Shown here piece by piece: positions 45,011 to 55,228 of a DNA stretch of 64,000 nucleotides. A program made the translations under genes and the position numbers. The stretch covers positions 137,417-201,416 of the forward strand of contig JBDTME010000001.1 in assembly GCA_039934415.1 (NCBI GenBank), written 5' to 3'. The DNA comes from Patescibacteria group bacterium. GTDB taxonomy: Bacteria; Patescibacteriota; Microgenomatia; UBA1400; PJMF01. Each line of letters begins with the position of its first letter. The first letter of the stretch is position 1. The notes beneath the pieces are model-generated. The model saw only the letters and a list, made by a program, of their open reading frames with translations, was not told the DNA's origin and did no database searches.

Positions 45011-48000
45011 ATGAAAAAAAAATTCTTATTTTTAAATAAAAAAGAATTTCTCTCAGTTTTCATACTTCTTTGTATCTCACTTATGCCTTTTTCCTGGCTT
45101 CGAGGTGGATATACAGTACTTGGTCATGATTCAGGACTGCCAGTTTCACCAATAGCCCATTTTTCAGATCGACTCCAAACGTGGACTGATCGCTACGACG
45201 CTGGAGGTGATCAAACATTTGCACTTGGTGGTTTTTTCATACATGGCTTAGAAGCCCTTATTGCTCTAACCGGTTTTTCTTTGTCTACACAGCAAGCTAT
45301 TCAATTCAGTTTATACATCTTTTTAATTGGTGTGAGCATGTACTTTTTTTGTAAAATGAGTTGGGGAAGAGACAGTGAATTATTGGCAGTAAGTGCAGCA
45401 GTTTTTTACCAAATAAATCACTTTGTTTTGCAAGGGTGGTTTATTGCAGAGAGAACAAAGTTCTCGCTGTATATTGCACTGCCTCTATTATTGGTTTTAT
45501 TCTATAAACTCTTCACTTCGAAAGTCTCACCTATTAAAATTGGAATTTTGTCAGCGTTGGTCCTATTTTTCTTAAATGGTGGAGGGTTTCTCCCATTATT
45601 TGCAGGTGTATTCATTTCTCTTGGCGTATGGACATTAGTTCTTCTAAGAAGTACTGAACATTTCACCATAACTTTCAGAAAATTTTTGATATATTGTTTG
45701 ACTTTTTTTGTTTTCAATCTAATTCTGCAGTTATATTGGATTTTACCGTATGCAATTTATGTTAAAAATAATTTTCAAGCAGAAGTTAACCAGGCTGGAG
45801 GTACGGAGGGAGTAGTTAATTGGGTGTTATCAATTAGCCAAAACACCTCATATCTCAACCTGTTTAAGCTACAAGGAATTCAAGAGTGGTACGTAAATGA
45901 GCAACACCCATACGCAAAAATTTATTTTTCAAGTCGATTTTTAATGCTGTCAGCTTATATTTTTGTGTTTGTGCTAGTTTTTAACGCATTTAAGATTGCA
46001 AGAAACAAAAGAGTATTACAGTTAACCTGCTTAGCAACTGTGCTCGTCTCTATTTTCTTTATGGCAGGCTCTCATGCTCCATTTGGGGGCATATATTTGT
46101 GGATGATCAAACATGTACCAGGATTTATTGCTTTTAGAACACCTTATTATAAATTCGCACCTGCTTTTTTTGTAAGCTATGCGCCATTATTAGGATTTGC
46201 GATAGCTTCATTTTTTAAATTTAAGTTTGTCAAGCGTTTGCCTTATCTTTTAAAAGTGTTCATTCCAGTGGGACTTCTTTGTTTATATTTCTTTCCTTTT
46301 TTTACTATTAATTTTTTTCAGTACACAAATGAGCTTTCGACAAAAGTAAAAGTACCTCAGTATGTTTTTGAGTTCGCAAGTAGAAGTAACTCTGCGGAGT
46401 ACCCGTATAGACGAACTGCTTTGATACCAGGTAATAATCCAGAAAATTCAGTACACAGCTATACTTGGGGGTATTGGAGTTTGGCTTCATTAGAGTCACT
46501 CCTTGATCGACATGCATATATCACTCCTTCCTATGGTTTCACCTTAAATAAAAAAATGGTCGTAGACCTTTACGCAGCTTTAAGAAACAATGACCCTGTC
46601 TGGGAACAACTTGCTGATCATCTACAGATAGACAGTCTCCTCGTTCAAAAGGATTTTGTGCCTTACAAATATAAAGGAGTCGAAATATCCGCCGATTCTT
46701 ATGTTAAAGCAATTCAATCATCAGCCAGAGTGAAGCTGGAAGAAGATTTTGGTGAGTGGCAACTGTATAGTTTTGAGAAAAAGTTGTCACCTATCGCAGA
46801 TTCGTATGTGGAAGTACAAGATCAAACAGAACAGTTTGGAACCGCTAGTTTCGTGCATCAGTTGTTCAAGAATCCTAAAATAGTTTTTTCTGATAGGCCA
46901 ATGAATGACAATCTCATAACAAGGTCAGGATATGTAATCTTTCCGCAATGTCAGGATTGTCTTTTATTGAGAACACAAGTCTATTTTGCAAACCCTAACA
47001 TTATAGTGACCCCTGGTTCTACGCTTGAATCATTCAACTCATTATTTTTAGTTTTTTCAAAAAATAATCAAGCTTTGCCACCTGTCGATACTTTACAGTC
47101 ACTTTATGTTATTCAAGCTTCATTTAACAGAAAAGGTGAAAGTGGTGGTCGGATAGCGATCTGGCAGCGTTATACAACAGGTCTTGATTTATATCAGAAA
47201 GAGATTGATAAAACTTTGAAGAATTTTGATCGAACTACGACTCAGAATGCATTGTTGCAAGGATATTATAATAATCTGCTTTTTCAGTTATCAAACTTGA
47301 AAGATATCAGCAATTTGATAAATACAAAAGATGAAGCTGATATGTTTCTTTCAAACGTGAAAACAGTTAAAGAATTAATTGGCCGGATCGAGTCCCAGAT
47401 AGTCTCAACAAAAATCGTTCATTCAAATGTTTTTCTCGCAGATGTTCAAGAAAAAAACAATTTTTCTGTTTATGTTCATCAGCCATCATTGAACCAATAT
47501 AAATCCAATCTTCAAAACAAGATCACAGTACATTTTGATAATTCGGAACTATCTACACAAATTAATCCAAGCAGTGAGTGGGTGAAAGTAGGTACAGTTG
47601 AGCTCGATAAAGGTGGTCAAAAAATCACAGTCGATGACATTCCATTAGATAATAGTAGCTATTTCTCTGAACAGATAAGAAACGGTAGTGCATCACAAGA
47701 AGGACTTAGTGTTGAATTTGGTGCAACACAACCCTGCACCACCATGCCTATAGGTGAATTAACAGATAATAGATATAACTTATCTTTTGAAATAAAAAGT
47801 AACTTAGGGGAGGTCGAACCTTCTTTCCATATTGTAACTACTGATGATGTTTCTCCAGAGTTGCCTTTCTGGGGGGTAAAGCAAAAAGTTACAGACGGTT
47901 CTTGGAAAAAGATACTGCTACCTTTCGCTGGTTTATCTCATAAACAATATCTTTTCAAAATTTGTGATACAAGTGCGAAAGAGAACGCTGAACTTTCAAT

Positions 48001-48415
48001 CAGAAATCTCAACCTTGATCGAGCAGTCGAACCTTTAGTAGCGCTAGTTTCTGTTTCAGGCTCAGAACCTACTAACACTTTAACTCCGCTTATGACTTTC
48101 ACATCACAGAACAATACTCACTATGATATTAATATCCAGAACCCATATAAAGGTGTCTTGAGATTGCCACTCGCGTCAAATTCATATTGGAAACCTTCAG
48201 ACTCTTCCCTTGAAAATACACGTGTGGATGGGGCAATGTTGGGATACTATATTGACGAAAAAACTGAATCAGAGAATTTTACCATTTCATATGAGATTCA
48301 AAAATACTACGTTGCTGCATGGGTGATTTCAGTCTCAGGATTTATTGTAGCGATAATATATTTATTATTTAGTGTAATCAAAAATTATGCTGCAGAAGCA
48401 TCTACTAAACGTTAA
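45011..48415 (+). CDS. Giant membrane protein: N-terminal polytopic (GT-C-like) domain plus roughly 600-aa extracytoplasmic C-terminal domain with C-terminal TM anchor
   Basis: 1134 aa. About 12-14 TMs in the first roughly 480 aa, then a long soluble region rich in Asn/Ser/Thr. The final hydrophobic helix is 'YYVAAWVISVSGFIVAIIYLLFSVI'. The architecture resembles the AftD/YfhO-type membrane glycosyltransferases. Confidence 0.4.
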   Translation: MKKKFLFLNKKEFLSVFILLCISLMPFSWLRGGYTVLGHDSGLPVSPIAHFSDRLQTWTDRYDAGGDQTFALGGFFIHGLEALIALTGFSLSTQQAIQFSLYIFLIGVSMYFFCKMSWGRDSELLAVSAAVFYQINHFVLQGWFIAERTKFSLYIALPLLLVLFYKLFTSKVSPIKIGILSALVLFFLNGGGFLPLFAGVFISLGVWTLVLLRSTEHFTITFRKFLIYCLTFFVFNLILQLYWILPYAIYVKNNFQAEVNQAGGTEGVVNWVLSISQNTSYLNLFKLQGIQEWYVNEQHPYAKIYFSSRFLMLSAYIFVFVLVFNAFKIARNKRVLQLTCLATVLVSIFFMAGSHAPFGGIYLWMIKHVPGFIAFRTPYYKFAPAFFVSYAPLLGFAIASFFKFKFVKRLPYLLKVFIPVGLLCLYFFPFFTINFFQYTNELSTKVKVPQYVFEFASRSNSAEYPYRRTALIPGNNPENSVHSYTWGYWSLASLESLLDRHAYITPSYGFTLNKKMVVDLYAALRNNDPVWEQLADHLQIDSLLVQKDFVPYKYKGVEISADSYVKAIQSSARVKLEEDFGEWQLYSFEKKLSPIADSYVEVQDQTEQFGTASFVHQLFKNPKIVFSDRPMNDNLITRSGYVIFPQCQDCLLLRTQVYFANPNIIVTPGSTLESFNSLFLVFSKNNQALPPVDTLQSLYVIQASFNRKGESGGRIAIWQRYTTGLDLYQKEIDKTLKNFDRTTTQNALLQGYYNNLLFQLSNLKDISNLINTKDEADMFLSNVKTVKELIGRIESQIVSTKIVHSNVFLADVQEKNNFSVYVHQPSLNQYKSNLQNKITVHFDNSELSTQINPSSEWVKVGTVELDKGGQKITVDDIPLDNSSYFSEQIRNGSASQEGLSVEFGATQPCTTMPIGELTDNRYNLSFEIKSNLGEVEPSFHIVTTDDVSPELPFWGVKQKVTDGSWKKILLPFAGLSHKQYLFKICDTSAKENAELSIRNLNLDRAVEPLVALVSVSGSEPTNTLTPLMTFTSQNNTHYDINIQNPYKGVLRLPLASNSYWKPSDSSLENTRVDGAMLGYYIDEKTESENFTISYEIQKYYVAAWVISVSGFIVAIIYLLFSVIKNYAAEASTKR

Positions 48416-48749
48416 TCACTGGTACAGAAAGAACTTTCCTTATCTGATACCAGTGTCATTCTTGGTGCTTATCTCCTTCATTTTAGACAGAATTCCATAC
48501 TTAAATCTCTTTGCAGGAATGCTCTCAACAGTTTTAATCTTTGTTTCATTATTGTCTTTATGGTTCATTACACTTCGGACTTTATTGTCTTTCAGGTTGA
48601 TGATACTGAGTCTTTTTGTTGTTTTTCTACTATTTGATTTTTTACACTTGAGTAACTATTCAGAGACACTTGGAAGTGTGTTTTACTTATTTATGTTTCT
48701 TTTTATAATCTATTCTGTATGGCAAAAAAAACAGTTGTTTTCATCTTAA
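48387..48749 (+). CDS. Small 4-TM membrane protein (GtrA-like candidate)
   Basis: 120 aa. Four hydrophobic helices. Sits between the giant membrane protein and a GT-C gene. Confidence 0.3.
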   Translation: MLQKHLLNVNHWYRKNFPYLIPVSFLVLISFILDRIPYLNLFAGMLSTVLIFVSLLSLWFITLRTLLSFRLMILSLFVVFLLFDFLHLSNYSETLGSVFYLFMFLFIIYSVWQKKQLFSS

Positions 48750-50293
48750 TTTTTAGTATAAGCTTATTATTCAGATTTCAAAAAATCCATGTCCCTTTTT
48801 GGGTCGACGAGTTTTCTACAGCAAATCAGGCAGCATTACTACAAAAATACTCCTGGAAGTTATTTACCCAAAAAGACCGATATATTGAAGCTAGAAGCTT
48901 GAGTACTACTTCAATAGTGGCTGGTTCATTTTTAATCTTTGGTAAATCGGAAGAATCCGCACGATTACCAATTGAGATTATTGGATCTCTTATTCCTTTT
49001 CTTGTATTCTACTTATCAAAAATTCTTGTGCCGGAGCGCAAAGTTGTTAGGTTTAGTGCAACGTTATTAAGTATTACATCCTATTTTTTGATAACTTGGT
49101 CTAGGCAAGCTCGAGGATATGCATTACAGGAATTTTTACTATTACTAACGGTTATAGGTTATTTTCTCTTCTTCAATCATTCGAACATCCGAAAAAAAAT
49201 ATTTTGGCTAGTAATGTCTGGTCTTTCCATTATATTGGGATTGCTCACCCATCCAAGTTTCTTAATCGTCCCCATGTGTTTATTTACCCACCTAGTTTTA
49301 GTGCATAAAGAGCAACTTTTAAAGTTTCCCAAGAAGCGTTGGCTGACTTCCATCACAGCAGCAATTATTGGCTTGGTGGGTATCTTCTTTTTCAAAACCG
49401 GCTTGCTAGAACAAATCGTAACTCAGTGTCTTTCACTAGTTACACACGGGTTATCTAACAACATTTGGTACTACCACTCATTTCTGTGGAGAGAGTACGG
49501 TTTAGTTACTTTATTAGGAATAATAGGTTTGTTGTATTTAGTCATAAATAACTTTAAGAAGGGAATCTTGTTAACTGGAATTCTGGTAAGTTATCTTATT
49601 TTCGTATGTTTCTTATTCCCAGCAGTTGACTCCAGATATATTTTGCCAATTTTCCCATATCTGTTAGTGGGAATGGCTATATCTCTAGACTTACTCATTC
49701 AGTCAGTCTTTACTAAAGTAAATAAGAAGAGCAGTGAAAAGCAGCTATTAATATCTGTTTTGAGTGGTTGCTGTACTATTCTTGTCATACTAAATGGTCA
49801 CAAGTTTGATATTAAACCGAATAGTTTTTACTCTGTTAATCACGACTTTAGAGAGATTGCATTGATCGATTATGATCAAGTTTACTCAGTTATTAAGCAG
49901 AAAGGAGATTTAGCATCTGGAAAAACAGCCGTCATAGATACTTGGCCAGATCGACTAGAATGGTATCTAGGATTAGATTTTGAGCCTAATTATGTACTCA
50001 GGTGGGAAGATGCCGGTTTTATGAAACAGACACCGTTTAGGTTGCAATCTAATGGCGACAAAGTGCTTGTTGGTCGAAGTCAAACCAAACTCATCGCAAC
50101 TCAGCAAGACTTACTCAAGGTGTTATCACTTTATCCAAAGGGATTTATCTGGATAGATGACACATCTTTACCTGCTGAAGTTATTGATTACGCAAGGACA
50201 CATTTTAGACAAGAATTATATTTGGATCATTATCCACTTGATGATAACCCCTACTCAGTCTGGCCTGGGACATTGTATAGCTGGGGCTATTGA
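48719..50293 (+). CDS. GT-C fold membrane glycosyltransferase (PMT_2/ArnT-like)
   Basis: 524 aa. First loop 'PFWVDEFSTANQAAL' has a DE motif. 'WSRQARGYALQE' parallels 'YSRMAWEAN' and 'FSRGGWEVN' in the tandem paralogs. 'DSRYILPIFPYL' matches the ArnT-type 'PRYLLP' block. Soluble C-terminal domain. Confidence 0.55.
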   Translation: MAKKTVVFILIFSISLLFRFQKIHVPFWVDEFSTANQAALLQKYSWKLFTQKDRYIEARSLSTTSIVAGSFLIFGKSEESARLPIEIIGSLIPFLVFYLSKILVPERKVVRFSATLLSITSYFLITWSRQARGYALQEFLLLLTVIGYFLFFNHSNIRKKIFWLVMSGLSIILGLLTHPSFLIVPMCLFTHLVLVHKEQLLKFPKKRWLTSITAAIIGLVGIFFFKTGLLEQIVTQCLSLVTHGLSNNIWYYHSFLWREYGLVTLLGIIGLLYLVINNFKKGILLTGILVSYLIFVCFLFPAVDSRYILPIFPYLLVGMAISLDLLIQSVFTKVNKKSSEKQLLISVLSGCCTILVILNGHKFDIKPNSFYSVNHDFREIALIDYDQVYSVIKQKGDLASGKTAVIDTWPDRLEWYLGLDFEPNYVLRWEDAGFMKQTPFRLQSNGDKVLVGRSQTKLIATQQDLLKVLSLYPKGFIWIDDTSLPAEVIDYARTHFRQELYLDHYPLDDNPYSVWPGTLYSWGY

Positions 50294-50348
50294 GCATGTA
50301 ACAATTGCGTTTTGCCAACTATAATGAGAACTGTGGAATAGAGGCAAG

Positions 50349-51539
50349 ATGTTAAAACAACTTTTTTTTCGGTCTGGAGCTTATTTTGTGGGACTAGTCT
50401 CAGTCAAACTTGTTGCGACTTTTTTATTCGTTTTTTTAGCTCGATTTTTGCAACCAGATTTATTCGGAAAGTTGACATACTTTTTGACAATATTGTCGTT
50501 GTTGACCTTGATAACAGACTGGGGATTAGTTCAATGGTTTCAAGTTCACAGAACTTCAACCAACGAAGCAACATTGATTTCAAGGCTTGTGAGTGCCCGT
50601 TTTTTTACATTAACAGTTTCTGTATGTATTTTTCTCCTGTTTTCACTATCTTTTCATTCTTTTAGTCTTGTCGAGTCAGTCTTGTTCATAGCCCTACTTG
50701 TACCTGAGGCATTTCTGAGTATCACAGATGGATATTATTTAGTTCGCCATCGATCTGTTCTAATTGCGTTTAAACAACTGTCGAAATATATTTTTCCAAT
50801 ACTACTGGTTGTTTTTGTTCAAGACAAATTAACAATGCAAAATGTCATACTCAGTTTTTTGATCAGTTCAATTTGTACTTTGGTTTGGTATGTTCCAAAA
50901 AAATTCTTTCAAGTACCCTCTTTTTCGGTTTCCCAAATCAAGGAAACTCTATCAGAGTCAAGTTCGTACGCGACTTTAATACTTACATCCGCTCTCTATA
51001 GTCGAGGAGATGCAATAATCCTCGAATCAAAATTGGGTAATACTGCACTTGGGTTGTACTCTGCGGGCTACCGTTATTTAGATGCAATGAGTTTATTGCC
51101 AGCAGCTTTTGCTCAAAACCTATTTCATATCTCAGCTCAAAAAGAAAGTATAAATAAGCAGAAGATAATCACGATGACTGCTGTAATGGGTGGTTTGGGT
51201 GTTTTGTTTGGAGCATGTTTATTTGTATTCAGCCATTTCCTAACAACCGGATTGTTAGGTAGTGCTTATGAAGGTACTGAGATCATCGTAAAGATATTTG
51301 CTGTGGTTACTGTTCTCCTTTTTATTAACTCTCCATTAAGCACGATTGTTCAAAGCTCAACAGTTGTTAAGCAGTTTCTACCTTGGGGTATTATGAATAC
51401 AGTCTTAAACATTGGTTTGAATGTGGTTCTCATTCCTCTTGCTGGTGGAATAGGAGCAGCTTTCGTCATGTTATTTACTGAAGCGACTGGCTTATTAATC
51501 AATTTGTACTTTGTAAAACAGAGACTAAAAAAAGAATGA
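50349..51539 (+). CDS. Wzx-like flippase / polysaccharide biosynthesis protein (MOP superfamily)
   Basis: 396 aa, about 12 TMs. 'FVFLARFLQPDLFGKLTYF' matches the Polysacc_synt 'lARlLgpeefG' N-terminal block. Confidence 0.55.
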   Translation: MLKQLFFRSGAYFVGLVSVKLVATFLFVFLARFLQPDLFGKLTYFLTILSLLTLITDWGLVQWFQVHRTSTNEATLISRLVSARFFTLTVSVCIFLLFSLSFHSFSLVESVLFIALLVPEAFLSITDGYYLVRHRSVLIAFKQLSKYIFPILLVVFVQDKLTMQNVILSFLISSICTLVWYVPKKFFQVPSFSVSQIKETLSESSSYATLILTSALYSRGDAIILESKLGNTALGLYSAGYRYLDAMSLLPAAFAQNLFHISAQKESINKQKIITMTAVMGGLGVLFGACLFVFSHFLTTGLLGSAYEGTEIIVKIFAVVTVLLFINSPLSTIVQSSTVVKQFLPWGIMNTVLNIGLNVVLIPLAGGIGAAFVMLFTEATGLLINLYFVKQRLKKE

Positions 51540-53077
51540 AAAAAAACGTCTCAATCGTCATCATTCATTACAAAACAATTGAGCTTTTAGAAAAATGCTT
51601 GAGTCGGCTTCAATTTGCAGGGCGATCTTTTGATATCATTGTTGTCGACAACGACTCAAAACAAGATTTCCACTCCTTGAAGAAGAGTTTTCCAGAAGTT
51701 CAATGGATTCTGAATGAGAGGAACAGAGGATTTTCTTTTGCAGCGAACCAGGGAATCTTAGCAGCTCATGCACGTTGGATTCTATTTCTTAACCCAGATG
51801 TACAGATCAGCAGCTATGAAGTTGAAGAGCTCTTTCACTACGCTGAAAAAGCACAATTGGATGCTCTTTCTCCTAATTTTAATGATGAAAGATATCGTAA
51901 GTCACTACCCACACTATCATCATTACTTTCAGAGTTTACTCCGTTAAATCAATTGAGTTATCCCAATACAGGACAGAAAACATTAGTAGGAGGTTGTCTT
52001 CTCATCCGGAAAAAAGTGATAGAAAAGATTGGTGGATGGGACGAAAGATTTTTTTTATGGTTTGAGGACAGCGACTTAACACAACGATTACTTTCCGCAA
52101 ACTTCCGAGTTGGATTTGCACCCTTTAACATAAAACATATTGGCGGCGCTTCAGTTGGCAAACTTAAAATAAATCTCAGAAACCAAACCTTCTTTCATTC
52201 TATGAATATTTATTCAATTAAGCATTTTTCTGGCTGGAAGCAAAAAGTGCTGCGATTTTTTGTCATCAATCGTTTTACCGCACAAAGTGGATATCCTATT
52301 TCTGAATCTGGATCGACATGGGTCGTACCTAATATGAAGTTAGAACTTTTGCTAAAATTCTTAGAGACTAATAGATACTTTTTTAGTTCTGCAGAACTCA
52401 CCATAGTGTCGTCTGTACTCAATACACAAAATATTTGGAAGTTAAGAGCAACTTTCCCAAGTGTGCGTTTTATTCCAATCACTAAGAATAAAGGTTTTAG
52501 CTCGACAGTTAATGTTGGTATGAGAGTTGCTACAACACCTTTGGTTGGAACACTGAACGATGATGTAATTCTTAATGCGGATACTCTTCCAGGGCTACTG
52601 GCTGCCTTTTCCCCATTGATCGGATCAATAAATCCAGTTATTTATTCAGAGCATGAAGAGCTGGAATCAGCTGGCATAAAAATTCTACCAAAAGGGAAAG
52701 CAGTACCTATTACGACGTTACCAGATGAAAACCTTACCTCTGTCTCAGCAACCAATGCAGCTTGTGTTCTTTATAATGCAAGTGCTCTTGCTGAAACAGG
52801 ATTATTTGACGAGAACTTCGGGTCCTATTTAGAGGACATTGACTTAAGTCTAAGGATAAGTAAACACGGCTTTTCGAACATCGTAGTTAAAGCCTCACAT
52901 GTTATTCATCTAAAACACTCTAGCTCGAAACATTTCGGAAAATACAAACAGTATCTAGACATGAAAAACTGGTGGTTAGTTATCTTGAAGAACTGGTCAA
53001 TCACACAAACCATTCAAAATTTCCCTATGATCCTTGTTGAACGGTTGAGAAACATATCAGGTCTGATCAAAAGTTAG
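51536..53077 (+). CDS. Two-domain family 2 glycosyltransferase
   Basis: 513 aa. N-terminal GT2 domain 'VSIVIIHYKTIELLEKCL...VVDNDSKQD...NRGFSFAANQG...LNPDVQ'. A second GT-A-like repeat begins about residue 290 ('ELTIVSSVLNT...ITKNKGFSSTVNVG...LNDDVI'). Confidence 0.6.
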   Translation: MKKNVSIVIIHYKTIELLEKCLSRLQFAGRSFDIIVVDNDSKQDFHSLKKSFPEVQWILNERNRGFSFAANQGILAAHARWILFLNPDVQISSYEVEELFHYAEKAQLDALSPNFNDERYRKSLPTLSSLLSEFTPLNQLSYPNTGQKTLVGGCLLIRKKVIEKIGGWDERFFLWFEDSDLTQRLLSANFRVGFAPFNIKHIGGASVGKLKINLRNQTFFHSMNIYSIKHFSGWKQKVLRFFVINRFTAQSGYPISESGSTWVVPNMKLELLLKFLETNRYFFSSAELTIVSSVLNTQNIWKLRATFPSVRFIPITKNKGFSSTVNVGMRVATTPLVGTLNDDVILNADTLPGLLAAFSPLIGSINPVIYSEHEELESAGIKILPKGKAVPITTLPDENLTSVSATNAACVLYNASALAETGLFDENFGSYLEDIDLSLRISKHGFSNIVVKASHVIHLKHSSSKHFGKYKQYLDMKNWWLVILKNWSITQTIQNFPMILVERLRNISGLIKS

Positions 53078-53997
53078 CTTTTTTGCCAGATACTTGAGAA
53101 ATATTTTACCGTTTCGGCTACACCCTGCTCAATGCTTATTTTAGGTGACCATTTCAACTGCTCTTTTGCTTTTGTGCTATTTGCTACCAAAACGAGCGGA
53201 TCGCCTGGTCGATCTGGAAAGTGTTTAACTTTTGCAGGTTTTCCAATCTCTTTTTCAATCATTTTAATTACATCGATCACTTTTGTGGGATTTTCTGTCG
53301 AAATATTATAATAATGATATTGCTGAGGGTGTGACTCAGCATAGGAAAGTGCAAGCGAGTGTGCACTTACGACATCTGAAACATGAATAAAATCTCTTTG
53401 AAATTCGCCACTTCCCCACACTGTTACTTCTTCTTCATCATAGATTTGCTTAATAAAGCGTGGAATTGCATGAGACTCTGGTTCATGATGTTCTTCTGGC
53501 CCATATAGATTAAAATAACGTAAAGCAACACCCGTCATGTGATAACTAGAAACGTAAGACGAGACAAGTGCTTCCATAGCTAATTTGGTCATGCCGTAAG
53601 GGTTTATAGGCAAGGTTCTATCATCTTCATTAATTGGTACGCTGAGTGGTTCTCCATAAATTGCAGCACTTGAGGAAAATAAGAATAACGGTACTTGATT
53701 CTCTCTCATAGCATCAAGCACATTCAAGGTCCCTGAAATGTTGGAATCAATGAATTTCTGAGGGAATTTGACAGACTCGCCTGATTCAATCAGTGCTGCT
53801 AAATGAAAGACTGCATCAGCATCACGAATCAATCTCATCATAGACTCAGCATCTCGAATGTCAGCAATCTCAGTAGGCATTTCAGAACTTTCTCTGAGAT
53901 CAATATTTCGCACTTGGTGTCCTTCTGACATTAATGATCGACAAAGTTGTTTACCCAGAAAACCACTTCCACCTGTCACAATTATTTTCTTTGCCAT
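53074..53997 (-). CDS. NAD-dependent nucleotide-sugar epimerase (GalE/UDP-glucose 4-epimerase-like SDR)
   Basis: 307 aa. 'KIIVTGGSGFLGKQL', 'FHLAAL' and 'YGMTKLAME' (YxxxK). Confidence 0.7.
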   Translation of the reverse strand: MAKKIIVTGGSGFLGKQLCRSLMSEGHQVRNIDLRESSEMPTEIADIRDAESMMRLIRDADAVFHLAALIESGESVKFPQKFIDSNISGTLNVLDAMRENQVPLFLFSSSAAIYGEPLSVPINEDDRTLPINPYGMTKLAMEALVSSYVSSYHMTGVALRYFNLYGPEEHHEPESHAIPRFIKQIYDEEEVTVWGSGEFQRDFIHVSDVVSAHSLALSYAESHPQQYHYYNISTENPTKVIDVIKMIEKEIGKPAKVKHFPDRPGDPLVLVANSTKAKEQLKWSPKISIEQGVAETVKYFSSIWQKS

Positions 53998-54007
53998 AAT
54001 TTTCTCC

Positions 54008-55228
54008 TTAAGCGACCCAGTGTCCTTGAATAAACAACATGATATTAATAAAACTCAAAACTGAACAGACAACAATATAACCGATTTTAACAGTTTTATG
54101 TTGAGAAAAAATTTGACCTAAAATGAAGAAAATGGGCAAACAAACTATGACATAACGAGACATGCTGGAAAAGTTACCTGTCAATGTCGGGAGAAAAAAA
54201 GCACCAAAGCTAAATGCCAGCTCTGCGTATGATAATTTAAATGCCTTTTTTTTAATCGTACCAAATAGTAGAAAAATCAGCATAACTCCTGTCGTTACAA
54301 ATTCTTGAACATATGCAAAGTATTTCCAGTCAAAAGGTCTAGCGGTCCATAATATTTTTAAGTACCTCCAACATACTTGCAAGAATGGAACCAGATTTTG
54401 TTGCCTACCAGCGCCAAAGGATGATTGAACATGGAAAAAATAGAGCGGGTCACCAAAAGTAAGATACAGATACAGCATGTAACTCAGTAATCCGAAAATG
54501 CCACAACTTATTGCCGTGAACTGCCAAAAATGTTTTGAAAAAGTGTTCAACTTGTCCCAAAGACGAAAAGAGTGTGTCTTGCTAAGATAAAAATCAAATC
54601 CCAGTGCAGGAATCATGAAGATGCCAACAATTCTTGTTGCAGTAAGCAATATCAGAGCACCCATGAGACGTAACCACCAGCCTTTCTTATATGAATACAA
54701 ACAAAAAATCAGTAATAGTAGAAAAAGTGCTTCGGTGTAAATAGCATGTAAAAAGAATGCAGTAGGAAAAAAGAGAAAACTGATAAAGATATCTTTTCTT
54801 TGTTGGAGCTCGTATTTTAAAGCAAGATATTTATTTAAAATGTAGAAAAAAAATACAGAACAAACAAAACTGAAACTTAGACTGAAAATAAACTGGAAAT
54901 TCCGAAGTCCAACTGTTGTTTGCGGTATAAAATGTGAGATTGCAGCTGCTACAGCTCCAATAACCAATGGGTAAACCGGAAAATAGGCTTGTAGGAGGCC
55001 AACTCCTTTATAACCCCTTTCGGAAATGATGATATACGCTCCTCCATCAAAATTCCCCCATCGCTTTACCCATGTGGGTAAAGTAGATTCTTGCTCAAGA
55101 GCATAGTTTGAAAATGTGTTTGTAAAAGGAATGGTGTACAGAGCAATGCCACCCAAGCAAAACAAGATCATCCACCACAATGAAGTTATTGAAAAAACCC
55201 TGAATAGTGACCATTCTTGATTAACCAT
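54008..55228 (-). CDS. Polytopic membrane protein, GT-C-like (mannosyltransferase-like)
   Basis: 406 aa, about 11 TMs and no large soluble domain. 'SRYVIVCLP' is the SRY-type block. Confidence 0.35.
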   Translation of the reverse strand: MVNQEWSLFRVFSITSLWWMILFCLGGIALYTIPFTNTFSNYALEQESTLPTWVKRWGNFDGGAYIIISERGYKGVGLLQAYFPVYPLVIGAVAAAISHFIPQTTVGLRNFQFIFSLSFSFVCSVFFFYILNKYLALKYELQQRKDIFISFLFFPTAFFLHAIYTEALFLLLLIFCLYSYKKGWWLRLMGALILLTATRIVGIFMIPALGFDFYLSKTHSFRLWDKLNTFSKHFWQFTAISCGIFGLLSYMLYLYLTFGDPLYFFHVQSSFGAGRQQNLVPFLQVCWRYLKILWTARPFDWKYFAYVQEFVTTGVMLIFLLFGTIKKKAFKLSYAELAFSFGAFFLPTLTGNFSSMSRYVIVCLPIFFILGQIFSQHKTVKIGYIVVCSVLSFINIMLFIQGHWVA

